Source of the DNA: Salinivirgaceae bacterium
Lineage (GTDB): Bacteria > Bacteroidota > Bacteroidia > Bacteroidales > SZUA-534
Direction: 5' to 3'
Assembly (NCBI GenBank): GCA_016284875.1
Contig: JAEEPS010000002.1
Location: 18,363 to 82,362, forward strand
Length of the DNA: 64,000 nt
Of the stretch, positions 27,801 to 36,414 are shown piece by piece (position 1 is the first letter of the stretch; every line of letters begins with the position of its first letter). The translations under genes were made by a program, and so were the position numbers. The notes under the pieces were generated by a model, which did no database searches, was not told where the DNA came from, and was given only the letters and a program-made list of their open reading frames with translations.

Positions 27801-30800
27801 GGTTTGGAAAAATGGTAATGATGTATTCCAAACAGATAAAAATCAATTGTTCGGCAGTGCAATTCATGCTCCTGCGACAAATCCCGCAGCAGAACCCGGA
27901 GAGCATTTTGCCGGTTGGAACAGCGATCCTGACGCCGAATCACCAATTAATCTTGACAATGCAACCGTTACTGTTGACGGCATCACCTATTACGCAAAAT
28001 TTGCCACCAACGCAACTGTGCACTACACAGTTAAGCACTATTTGGAAAATCTTGACGGATCTTTCCCCGCTGACCCGGAAGACTTTGATGATGAAACCGG
28101 AGTCTTCGGACTGGACGCAACGGCAACAGTTAAAACATACACTGGATTCACCGCACAACAATTTACCCCGCAAACCATTGCCGAAGACGGCTCTACTGTA
28201 GTCAGAATTGAGTACCTGCGTAAAAGTCATTCGCTATCATGGAACGAAAATGGCGGTGAACTGAGCGGAAACTTTACAACTGGAGACGTCAAATTTGGTG
28301 CACCAATCACCGCCCCAACAGCAACACTCCTTGGTCACAGTTTCTTCGGTTGGAACACGTCAACCGAACATGCTACCGCAACCGTTCCAGAGACAATGCC
28401 TGACAACAATTTGACATTTTACGCCATTTGGAATGTTAATCAATACCATGCGGCATTCTACTACAACAATCCGGCACACGTGAACGAGGAATTTACAGGC
28501 TGGAACTACGATTTTAAAGCAACAATAAATCGTCCGGCAGGCAATCCTCTGCCAACAGATTACGACGGTCACCACGACTTTGTTGGCTGGTCTGCAAATA
28601 AAGACGGCAACATCAACGACATTATTACGGGTGACGATTTCGGCGAAATGACAACCGCTGGCGCCAAATTCTACGCCATCTGGCAGATTCACTCGAACAC
28701 TCTTGCATGGAACGCCAATGGCGGTAATGCACTTACAGGCAACTATACAAGCGGAACAGTTAATTACGATGCTGCAATTACTGCACCGAACGACCCGACA
28801 CGCACTGGTTATACCTTTAAAGGTTGGGCGACTTCAGAAAACGGCACACCTGTGGCAGCCGTATCAGCAACAATGCCCGACTATAATTTGACATACTACG
28901 CCATCTGGGAAATCAACAGCCATAATCTTTCTTGGAATGCCAATGAAGGTACGCTGAGCGGTGACTACACAGAAGGTGTGGTTGAATATGGCGCAACCAT
29001 AGATACTGCAACAGCCACTCGCACTGGTTACACATTCAAAGGTTGGGCAGAGACAGCCGAAGCAACAATAGCCGACATTATAACTCCTGCAACCTCAATG
29101 CCCGACCGTAATTTGACATACTACGCCGTTTGGGAAGTGCACAAGCACCAACTCACATGGTATCCGAATGGTGGACGATTTGTAACTTCAAATCAAGAAG
29201 GAGAACTTATTGAAGTCGACGACCCAAGTGGCCAAGTGGCTTACGGAACAGAGATTACAACACCACAAGTTAATCGCATCGACCCAGATCCGGAAATAGA
29301 GTGGAAATGTGCAGGTTGGGGAACATCAGAAGATGCAACCGTTGCAATAACACCTGCCAGCACCATGCCTGATGAGGATTTGGCTTACTATGCCATTTGG
29401 ATTCTCAAGAAAAATGTTGTAACATGGAAACGCAACTACAGCAATGATGATGATTTTAATGCTACTGCCACCCATGTTGAAGTTGGTCAGGACATTACCG
29501 CTCCCGACATGATTCCTGAAAATCCACATCATCATTTCTTAGGCTGGTCAGCCACACGTGATGGTGAAGTTATTTCCGATGGCAACTTCGGCAAAATGGA
29601 CACCGACAAGAAAGAATTCTACGCCCGCTGGGAAATCAACAGCCATAATCTTTCTTGGAATGCCAATGAAGGTGCGCTGAGCGGTGACTATACTGAAGGT
29701 GAGGTTGAATATGGCGCAACCATTACTCCCGCAACAGCAACACGCATTGGTTACGAATTCCAGGACTGGGCTTTGTCAACAAACCCAACCGTGGCCACTG
29801 AGATAAGCACAATGCCCGACAACGATGTTGAATACATCGCCATCTGGGAAGCAAAACCCTACCCCGTGACATGGATGAAGAATGACGGCACGGAGGAGAT
29901 TATCGATGTAACAAGTGTCTATTTCGATAGTGAAATTCAGCCGACAAGCAAAGATGTAGCACGCGAACACTATAAGTTCATTGGTTGGGCATCAACACCC
30001 GAAGGCGAAGTGATTACTAATTTCGGCACTCTAAAAACCGAAGGCGCAATCTTCTATGCAAAATGGGAAACCCGTAAATATGTGCTTGGTTGGGATGGCA
30101 ACAATGGTGTGTTGAGCGGAACCTACACTCCTGCTGGCGAGGTTGACTATGGCACACACATCTATCCTCCGACAGCAACACGCACCAACTACATTCATGC
30201 AGGTTGGGGTACGGCTGTCAAACCAGACTCTGCAGTGAATATCACCACAATGCCCGACAGTAGCGTTACTTACGTGGCCATGTGGTTGCCAAATCACTAT
30301 ATAGTGGAGTGGCGCAAAAACGACGGCACAGAAGATAACTATCAGGCTACGAATGTTGATTACAACAATCTTATTGTGGCACCAGAAATCAATCCGGAAC
30401 GCACTCACTATCAGTTCCTTGGTTGGTCAGAAACAGAAGACGGAGAAGTGATTACCGAGTTCGGCAAAATGTTAGCAGACCACGCGATATACTATGCTCA
30501 ATGGCAAATCAACAGCAATACTCTTTCATGGAATGCCAATGGCGGTGAGTTAAGTGGTAACTACACAAGCGGCAGTGTTGAATACGGCACTACAATTGTC
30601 CGTCCTGTGGCAACACGCGAAGGTTACACCTACAACGGATGGAACACCTACGCCGATGCCGTTGACAGCGTAAGCATCAGCACCATGCCCGACAACGACA
30701 TAGAATATTTTGCCATCTGGGCAGCAAACTCATACCATGTTTCATGGATGCGCAACGATGGCTCTGATGATATTTTTGAAACAACCGAAGTTGCATTTGG

Positions 30801-33204
30801 CAACCCAATCGAAAAGCCAAGCGACCCGTCGCGCGAGCACTACCAATTCTTAGGCTGGGCAACCGCTAGCGATGGCGACATTGCAACCGATTATGGTACA
30901 ATGGGAACTGAAGATATAACCTTCTACGCTCAATGGCAGATTAACAGCCATACGCTTGCTTGGAATGCCAATGGCGGAGAGTTGAGTGGCGATTACACAC
31001 AAGGTGAAGTTGAGTATGATTCAACTATCATTGTGCCGACCGCTTCTCGCATTGGTTTCACATTCGATGGTTGGGGCGCAACCGACAATGCAACCGAGGC
31101 TATCGAAATAACCACTATGCCAGACAACGATGTTGAATACTTCGCCATCTGGAAAGTAAACAGTTACACTGCTAAATGGCATTTCGATTCCGACAGCATT
31201 TTCGCATCGACAACTGTCAATTTCGGCGATACGATAAAAGCGCCATTGGCAATGCCTGAGCGCGCCGACTTCAACTTCCTGGGTTGGGCAGCAACCGAAA
31301 ATGGCAGCGCAATCGACAGTTTTGGACTCATGCCTGCCACAGATACAGCATTCTTCGCTGTTTGGGAGGAAATCGAAGTTGTAACTGACAAGTACGCCGT
31401 TCTTTGGAAACTGAACGATGGTACGGCTTCTGTATTCAAGACCGACAGCCTTGCCGAGGGTAAACCCATCTTGGCTCCGACTGAGAAACCCGAACGCGAG
31501 CAATTCACATTCGCCGGCTGGGCTGCAACTGAGACTGGTATTGCTATCGATAGTTTTGGCTTGATGCCTGCAGCCGATACAGCATTCTTCGCTATTTGGG
31601 AGGCTGTTGAAGACACAACCATCACACCGGCAACATTCACAGCCACATGGTACATGAACAACGGTTCTGACTCTGTATTCGTAACAAGCAAGTTCGCTGA
31701 GGGCGATAGCATTGTGACTCCGGCAGAGAATCCTGTTCGCGAGCAATTTACATTCGCTGGCTGGGCCGCAACTGAAAACGGTATAGCAATCGACAGTTTT
31801 GGTCTCATGCCTGCCGCCAACACTGCGTTCTTCGCTGTTTGGGAGGCTGTTGAAGACAGTTCTCTGCTCTCTGTCGATTGGCTCATGAACGACGGAACCG
31901 ATTCTGTATATATGATTCAGAAATATGCTCTGGGCGATAGTATTGCTGCCCCTGCAATCAATCCTGAACGCATTGGCCACCAATTCCTTGGTTGGTCGGC
32001 TGATAGCACCGGCACACTCATAACCAAGTTCGACACAATAAATGCCGACACTGCTTTCTTCGCCATTTGGATGAAGAATCAATATGTGATAACATGGTAC
32101 TTCGACCAAAACGACACTTTAAAAATCGACACCCTGGCTTATGGCGATGCGATCATCGCTCCTGCTGAGAATCCAGCGCGCGTGCATTACATATTCAAAG
32201 GTTGGGCAACCGCAGCCGAAAGCGACAGTGTGATTGCCGATTTTGGAACAGTAACTGACAGCGCATCATTCTATGCCGTTTGGGAAGAAGAAGTGGTGAA
32301 GCAATATGCAGCCGTTTGGTACTACAACGACGGCACCAACTCTGCATTCAAAACAACCATGGTCAATGCCGGCGCCACAATATCAGCACCGTCATCTACC
32401 CCAACCCGCGAACGCTATGAATTCAAAGGGTGGGCTACAACCGCCACAGGAAACGTTACCAACAACTTTGGCACAATGACCGAGGCCGGAGCCGTATTCT
32501 ACGCTGTTTGGGCTGCAATTGTCAACTTCGACGCACCAGAGAATTTCAACTCTTGTGAGACTGGCGACGACTTCATCAAACTTACCAACATAAGCCACAG
32601 CGACATTGTGTTTGAATGGAACATAAACGGCGATCTCGACTCGATACAAACCGATGGCTATTTCGAATTCAGCAAAGAAATGGCGTTGTCGGGAACTATT
32701 GAGGTAACTGGTATTGTTGGCAATAGCCGTCTGACAAAGACCATCAATTATCAACGCAACAAGGACATGCTGCGCACAATGTGGGACGATGTCATCACAG
32801 TTGTTAATGGCGAAGGTTACTTCAAATCGTTCAAATGGTATCATAATGGTGCGCTTGTCGATACTACCGAGTTGCACTATGAGGCCGGTGGATTGACTGG
32901 CACATACAAACTTGTCGCAACCACCGTTGATGATGTGGAAATCACTTCGTGCGAGATGACATTCAGTGAGCCGACAATAGCCTCAATAAGTGTCTATCCG
33001 AACCCTGTTGTCACTACTATTCGCGTTGAAAGCAGCAGTTTGACTCCAGGCGCAAGAATCTTCGTTCTGGACAACGATGGTAAAGTTCGCATGACAAAAG
33101 ATGCTACCGGTAACGGAAGTGAGGAGTTGAATGTATCAACCCTGCCACAGGGCATCTACATTGTGAAAATCGGCAACCAATCAGCATCTATTATTAAACT
33201 TTAA
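24880..33204 (+). CDS. Giant cell-surface protein: signal peptide, BspA-type leucine-rich repeats, about 22 InlB-B (Listeria-Bacteroides, Flg_new) repeats plus 4 KHY-type modules, T9SS C-terminal sorting domain
   Basis: 2774 aa. LRR_5-like segments include VKTIKKNAFYRCG, TVRSYAFYKMKYLRTV and IGTYAFYYNKNLMALDLG. B-repeats follow the pattern ..GYxFxGW....MPDxxxxYYAIW. The C-terminus reads SVYPNPVVTTIRVESS...GIYIVKIGNQSASIIKL, as in T9SS sorting domains. Confidence 0.9.
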   Translation: MRKHLLLTCALVASLTSAFGETVKFTHSYLDEENNIKRVYLELNTSNHEATVVSGDWEYTGKIIIPDAVEYPEGSGTMYKVTTIGKGGDATQANSPFYYCYDLDEVVFGANVKTIKKNAFYRCGTESRPVKLNLDSEGLVTIETSAINQVALRANYGDNTILLGKNITQFGPAGATSTDNWNPWGDLINITAFKVADGNTAFSTDANGVLYNSDKTTLISFPKYKNQNTFEIPTTVTTVRSYAFYKMKYLRTVTGGDNVVRLGSVISGLTSLRMGAKLTTMSPSAFMYCGESFVPVIDASNTTFKLIDNVLFKFETDKVTLCWFLRGNQTENYVMPSFVTDIPYGAFYPNKYIKTIDFSQATKLTPDKIDKDAFIGTVNSIEFTGAENFYHNVDGVWYNYDYTRLEIFGSDATVENFVMNDATTTLPRAAVKKNDKVKTIKFNSKLSSFDSQDFYKWENLEKYYVKEGNSKLWADADGVLYNSAKTKVVAYPRGNTRAFYKVIDGTTNIGTYAFYYNKNLMALDLGDDIKSVVESNCNNLAGMQQLKAIKVGTMVPPTVTTSTFTNSQLTGGNIVLYIPKDEGAYEIYKNASIWNRFTIIRDVSKFDEEIRQIPINYSVKHYVQNTDDDDYTLVETNNATGTLLGTSNATAKTDGDYAYLEPQSFEQITLNNNGMAVEIRYHRKPFTITWKNGETTLFTKTYRYGASFLQDKPDDPAAVAGKHFVGWNTDANATGATTFNGSEVVRGNTTYYAIFADNANTSYVVKHYQENADDNGYTLVDTDNDLSAPFGSSTHAEARSYNGFNAPESIAQLPIAQDGSTVIEIRYTRIEYPVTWINGSTTLSKSGYYKYGSTLDVPDDPEAAQGQRFVGWNENSEAQSSELGQTVPLGGVTYYAIFTATGNMDYTIKHYQQDLDEVHYTLVATGTGTGQIDFTTTAQPNSYPGFTHQPITQQTITDAGATVEIRYNRNRYNVVWKNGNDVFQTDKNQLFGSAIHAPATNPAAEPGEHFAGWNSDPDAESPINLDNATVTVDGITYYAKFATNATVHYTVKHYLENLDGSFPADPEDFDDETGVFGLDATATVKTYTGFTAQQFTPQTIAEDGSTVVRIEYLRKSHSLSWNENGGELSGNFTTGDVKFGAPITAPTATLLGHSFFGWNTSTEHATATVPETMPDNNLTFYAIWNVNQYHAAFYYNNPAHVNEEFTGWNYDFKATINRPAGNPLPTDYDGHHDFVGWSANKDGNINDIITGDDFGEMTTAGAKFYAIWQIHSNTLAWNANGGNALTGNYTSGTVNYDAAITAPNDPTRTGYTFKGWATSENGTPVAAVSATMPDYNLTYYAIWEINSHNLSWNANEGTLSGDYTEGVVEYGATIDTATATRTGYTFKGWAETAEATIADIITPATSMPDRNLTYYAVWEVHKHQLTWYPNGGRFVTSNQEGELIEVDDPSGQVAYGTEITTPQVNRIDPDPEIEWKCAGWGTSEDATVAITPASTMPDEDLAYYAIWILKKNVVTWKRNYSNDDDFNATATHVEVGQDITAPDMIPENPHHHFLGWSATRDGEVISDGNFGKMDTDKKEFYARWEINSHNLSWNANEGALSGDYTEGEVEYGATITPATATRIGYEFQDWALSTNPTVATEISTMPDNDVEYIAIWEAKPYPVTWMKNDGTEEIIDVTSVYFDSEIQPTSKDVAREHYKFIGWASTPEGEVITNFGTLKTEGAIFYAKWETRKYVLGWDGNNGVLSGTYTPAGEVDYGTHIYPPTATRTNYIHAGWGTAVKPDSAVNITTMPDSSVTYVAMWLPNHYIVEWRKNDGTEDNYQATNVDYNNLIVAPEINPERTHYQFLGWSETEDGEVITEFGKMLADHAIYYAQWQINSNTLSWNANGGELSGNYTSGSVEYGTTIVRPVATREGYTYNGWNTYADAVDSVSISTMPDNDIEYFAIWAANSYHVSWMRNDGSDDIFETTEVAFGNPIEKPSDPSREHYQFLGWATASDGDIATDYGTMGTEDITFYAQWQINSHTLAWNANGGELSGDYTQGEVEYDSTIIVPTASRIGFTFDGWGATDNATEAIEITTMPDNDVEYFAIWKVNSYTAKWHFDSDSIFASTTVNFGDTIKAPLAMPERADFNFLGWAATENGSAIDSFGLMPATDTAFFAVWEEIEVVTDKYAVLWKLNDGTASVFKTDSLAEGKPILAPTEKPEREQFTFAGWAATETGIAIDSFGLMPAADTAFFAIWEAVEDTTITPATFTATWYMNNGSDSVFVTSKFAEGDSIVTPAENPVREQFTFAGWAATENGIAIDSFGLMPAANTAFFAVWEAVEDSSLLSVDWLMNDGTDSVYMIQKYALGDSIAAPAINPERIGHQFLGWSADSTGTLITKFDTINADTAFFAIWMKNQYVITWYFDQNDTLKIDTLAYGDAIIAPAENPARVHYIFKGWATAAESDSVIADFGTVTDSASFYAVWEEEVVKQYAAVWYYNDGTNSAFKTTMVNAGATISAPSSTPTRERYEFKGWATTATGNVTNNFGTMTEAGAVFYAVWAAIVNFDAPENFNSCETGDDFIKLTNISHSDIVFEWNINGDLDSIQTDGYFEFSKEMALSGTIEVTGIVGNSRLTKTINYQRNKDMLRTMWDDVITVVNGEGYFKSFKWYHNGALVDTTELHYEAGGLTGTYKLVATTVDDVEITSCEMTFSEPTIASISVYPNPVVTTIRVESSSLTPGARIFVLDNDGKVRMTKDATGNGSEELNVSTLPQGIYIVKIGNQSASIIKL
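26728..32511 (+). repeat. In-frame coding repeat array (B-repeats of about 70-80 aa) with near-identical DNA copies
   Basis: By hand count, 28905-29000 and 29628-29723 differ at 4 of 96 nt. Three related copies lie around 31260-31380, 31500-31620 and 31740-31860. Confidence 0.85.
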
Positions 33205-33222
33205 TCAATTAACCAGTTAATT

Positions 33223-34173
33223 ATGAATCGTTTAAATATATCAAATAACGGAAAAGCAAGAATGGGCTCAATATTAAAATTGGTTTTAGCAACAACTATT
33301 GTCGCCGTTTCGGCCACAACTTACGGACAGCGGCGCAATAGTTTCCAATACGTTTCTGCCGACTATGGCGGCGGTCTGCACAGCATTCAGTACTCACCCA
33401 TTGATGGCAAACACAAGGTTGGTGCCGGAATGACATTCAATCTCGGCTATCGGTATTTCCTGTCTGATCAATGGGCTATTAGCAGCGGTATCGGTCTGTC
33501 GACTTACAACGCGAAAACAATCTATAACAGCGCAAAACCTGATAACAACCGGAAATATGATATTCTGATTCCATCGTACGATTCAATTAATCAACTGGAT
33601 TTCGAATTCCGGACCTATTTCGACAATTTTAAGGAGAAACAGAAAGCCACTATTCTTGAAATACCAATTCAAGCCTATTATGAGTACGCTTTCCCGCAAA
33701 CTCGCTTTGAAGTATTTGGCAAGGCAGGTTTCAAAATCGGCATTCCTGTGTCAAGCAAGTACAAACTGATGAAAGGCTCATACGAGACTCGCGGCTACTA
33801 TCCTGTTCTGGGCCATGAAATCTACTCCACTTCCGACAGCGTTTATGTCCATGGTTATGGCATCTACGAGGCAGAGAAACAAAAAGGAAAGATGAAACTA
33901 AACCCCGTCAATCTTTCGCTCGCCATTGAAGGTGGTGGTCATTTCCGGCTTAATAAGATGATCAGACTTAGTGCTTCGCTTTACTTCGGCTACTGTCTCA
34001 CCAACATTCACAAAGACAGCATTGAGCCGATTATTAATGAGGAATACGTATACAACGGCACTTTGCAATCAAACCAAATTGATCGTGCTTCACTCTTGTC
34101 GCTTGGTTTAAAAGCAGGTGTTGTATTTGACATCAACGAACTACTCAACAAAAAAGGTCGTCCGAAATTCTAA
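33223..34173 (+). CDS. Outer-membrane beta-barrel protein (OMP_b-brl_2 / porin-family-like)
   Basis: 316 aa with a signal peptide and alternating amphipathic strands ending in an aromatic-rich C-terminus (LKAGVVFDI). It starts 19 nt after the giant gene stop. The start could instead be the M at 33262. Confidence 0.6.
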   Translation: MNRLNISNNGKARMGSILKLVLATTIVAVSATTYGQRRNSFQYVSADYGGGLHSIQYSPIDGKHKVGAGMTFNLGYRYFLSDQWAISSGIGLSTYNAKTIYNSAKPDNNRKYDILIPSYDSINQLDFEFRTYFDNFKEKQKATILEIPIQAYYEYAFPQTRFEVFGKAGFKIGIPVSSKYKLMKGSYETRGYYPVLGHEIYSTSDSVYVHGYGIYEAEKQKGKMKLNPVNLSLAIEGGGHFRLNKMIRLSASLYFGYCLTNIHKDSIEPIINEEYVYNGTLQSNQIDRASLLSLGLKAGVVFDINELLNKKGRPKF

Positions 34174-34200
34174 TTAGTCAACTGCTATCATTTTTAGCAT

Positions 34201-34869
34201 TTACTTCAGAAGCCTGACAATCTGGTTTTCTGAAGCATTGGGAAGTACGCCTTTTAGGTGCTCAAAAATCTTTTCAAATGACTCATTAGGCGAACAATCA
34301 CATTTGCACGATTCAAGTCCGTATAGTTGTTCGGGGGTGGTAAGCAACGACCACCCCCAACCATATTCATGCCCGTGACGGTCGATGGGATAGACAAAAT
34401 CTTCAGTTACAATGCGACAAGCCATCTGCAGACGAGTGATGTAACCGTCAAACTTGCTGCGCATGTTTGAACCAGTGAAACCACAAGCCGATCGAAGGTC
34501 GCGGGTAATCATGCTACCCTGCGCCTGCAATGTGAACAATATGGCTTCTTCGATGGTGCCAGCAGAGGGTTGCGGATGGATGCTACGGCGATAGTTGCAG
34601 AAATCGGGCCACCACTTTCGACTGATAAACCCCGCTTTGCCAGCAAAGAATTTGCCATAGACGGTGCTGCCTTCTGTCAGAATAGAGCCTTTCCACTTCC
34701 ACAGCAGCCACTCCCAACCGCCATCGGGTAATGGCGAGTAGCGACACTCATCACTCACCATCTCCTCGGCAGAATAGCCACTGATGCCACTGTCAAGCAA
34801 AGGCAGAAAACCTATCTGCTGAATCAGTTCTATCAGTTGCGCCTGATTAGTAATATCTTGACAATCCAC
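34201..34869 (-). CDS. Hypothetical cytoplasmic protein, possibly winged-helix YcaQ/AlkZ-related
   Basis: 222 aa, Trp-rich (WEWLLWKWKG, RKWWPDF), with no signal peptide. The family assignment is a weak recollection only. Confidence 0.35.
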   Translation of the reverse strand: MDCQDITNQAQLIELIQQIGFLPLLDSGISGYSAEEMVSDECRYSPLPDGGWEWLLWKWKGSILTEGSTVYGKFFAGKAGFISRKWWPDFCNYRRSIHPQPSAGTIEEAILFTLQAQGSMITRDLRSACGFTGSNMRSKFDGYITRLQMACRIVTEDFVYPIDRHGHEYGWGWSLLTTPEQLYGLESCKCDCSPNESFEKIFEHLKGVLPNASENQIVRLLK

Positions 34870-34909
34870 ACTCTAAACCCTAGTCGAGTAACAGTACCAA
34901 AAACCGGTA

Positions 34910-36382
34910 TTAGAACCTAAAACCTGCTGTTAGCACGAAATTGCCAACCCGGCTTTTCATTTTGGTCTCGCTTTCTTGATAAGTGTAGATGTATTTGGTC
35001 TCATTCTTTGTACGCAAATTGTAACCCAAATCAATGAAAGCCCAATGTCCACGATAGCCAGCACCAATACTGTATACCATCTGGTGAGCCGATGAATTGA
35101 CATGGCCGCTCTTGTAAGGACTACCGTAGAAACCGAATCCGGCTCGTGCAACTGCAGGGCCAAAAGTCAGTTCGCCGCCAAGTCGCAGGTTAACAGTGGT
35201 GCGAAGTTCTGCAGAAATGAGGCCATTGAGTTCATCGTATTCGTTGCCAATTTGGATATCGTCATCTTTGATGGTGGCGTCCGAATATTTAACAACCTCA
35301 CAATCAACATCAATCATTCCATGCTCTGGTGCTACAAAAGCGATACTGCCGATAAATTTAGCCGGCATCGTCAAACGCCAGTCAACAGTACCTGTCGAAT
35401 TATAGCTTTGTTTTGTAGTGTAATACGTGACATCATTAGTATTGTTGTCTTGCTCACTATACCACACAGAAGACTCAACTTTTGTACCATAATCGTCAGT
35501 CAACGACAAGATGGTAGGGGTGTGGAAAGCCGCTCCCACTCTTAAATTATCATTCAACCAGCCAATTACGCCCAACTTCAGATTGACGCCTCCGCCTGTA
35601 GTCCAAAACTCGTCAGTAACATTAAAATAATCAATTGTAAAATCTTCAATGTCAGGTTCTTCTGTATATTTCGACACATGACGGTAATCGACATGGACAA
35701 TGTTCAGCGAACCTCCGATATAAAATTCATTGTTGATGTTTGCACCCAACAGGAAACTGTAATCTCCCAAACTACCATCGGTTGTTACCGACTGTCGCTG
35801 ATTTGAACCATAAACGCCAAAATCCTCATAATCATTTATATACCTGTGCATAGATGAGTCGTAAATAAACAAATCGGTATTATAGAACGGATCGCGATCC
35901 CAATAATCGACATTGAAATCGTCAACAGCCTTATCGAGCAGCGAACTGACATCATTATAGCCCCTTACCGAATAACCACCATCAAAATTAGTCAGACGGT
36001 TGTAAACAAAACCCATATTGAACGATACCAATCCGGTTTCATCAACTGGAATCGCCGAAGCCAATCCGACATTCGAAAAGCGGAAACTGCTTGAATTTGA
36101 TTTTGCCGTTGTACCATAATATTTTGCCGTCTCCTTATCTGTTGTCCACATTGGCGAAATTGTCATTTGTCCGTTACGATAAACGCCGAGGCCCGCAGGA
36201 TTGACAGTTACTGCTGTCAAATCACCGCCAATGGCACCCATTGCACCGCCCATCGATACGAATTTTGCCGTTCCTGCCGGAACTATGTTTGAGTAACGGA
36301 TGGCATCGTCGATATTTTGAGCCGACACAACCGTTGCAACACCAAACATAAACAAAACTGATATAATTGATTTTGCCTTCAT
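34910..36382 (-). CDS. FadL/TodX-like outer-membrane transport barrel
   Basis: 490 aa with a signal peptide ending VSAQ. The conserved-looking N-terminal plug segment is DAIRYSNIVPAGTAKFVSMGGAMGAIGGDLTAVTVNPAGLGVY, and the C-terminus is the barrel-closing ...VLTAGFRF. Confidence 0.65.
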   Translation of the reverse strand: MKAKSIISVLFMFGVATVVSAQNIDDAIRYSNIVPAGTAKFVSMGGAMGAIGGDLTAVTVNPAGLGVYRNGQMTISPMWTTDKETAKYYGTTAKSNSSSFRFSNVGLASAIPVDETGLVSFNMGFVYNRLTNFDGGYSVRGYNDVSSLLDKAVDDFNVDYWDRDPFYNTDLFIYDSSMHRYINDYEDFGVYGSNQRQSVTTDGSLGDYSFLLGANINNEFYIGGSLNIVHVDYRHVSKYTEEPDIEDFTIDYFNVTDEFWTTGGGVNLKLGVIGWLNDNLRVGAAFHTPTILSLTDDYGTKVESSVWYSEQDNNTNDVTYYTTKQSYNSTGTVDWRLTMPAKFIGSIAFVAPEHGMIDVDCEVVKYSDATIKDDDIQIGNEYDELNGLISAELRTTVNLRLGGELTFGPAVARAGFGFYGSPYKSGHVNSSAHQMVYSIGAGYRGHWAFIDLGYNLRTKNETKYIYTYQESETKMKSRVGNFVLTAGFRF

Positions 36383-36414
36383 CTTTCAATAGTATTTATC
36401 AGAACAACAATAAA

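Noticed and set aside
31021-32109. 362-aa and 240-aa minus-strand ORFs inside the giant gene
   Set aside because: They are antisense to the repeat array. Their apparent internal repeats simply mirror the B-repeat DNA.
26728-32511. Possible CRISPR array or non-coding satellite, because of regularly spaced repeats
   Set aside because: The repeats are about 210-240 nt, degenerate, contiguous without unique spacers, and fully in frame within one ORF. This is not CRISPR-like. No CRISPR array is seen anywhere in the window.
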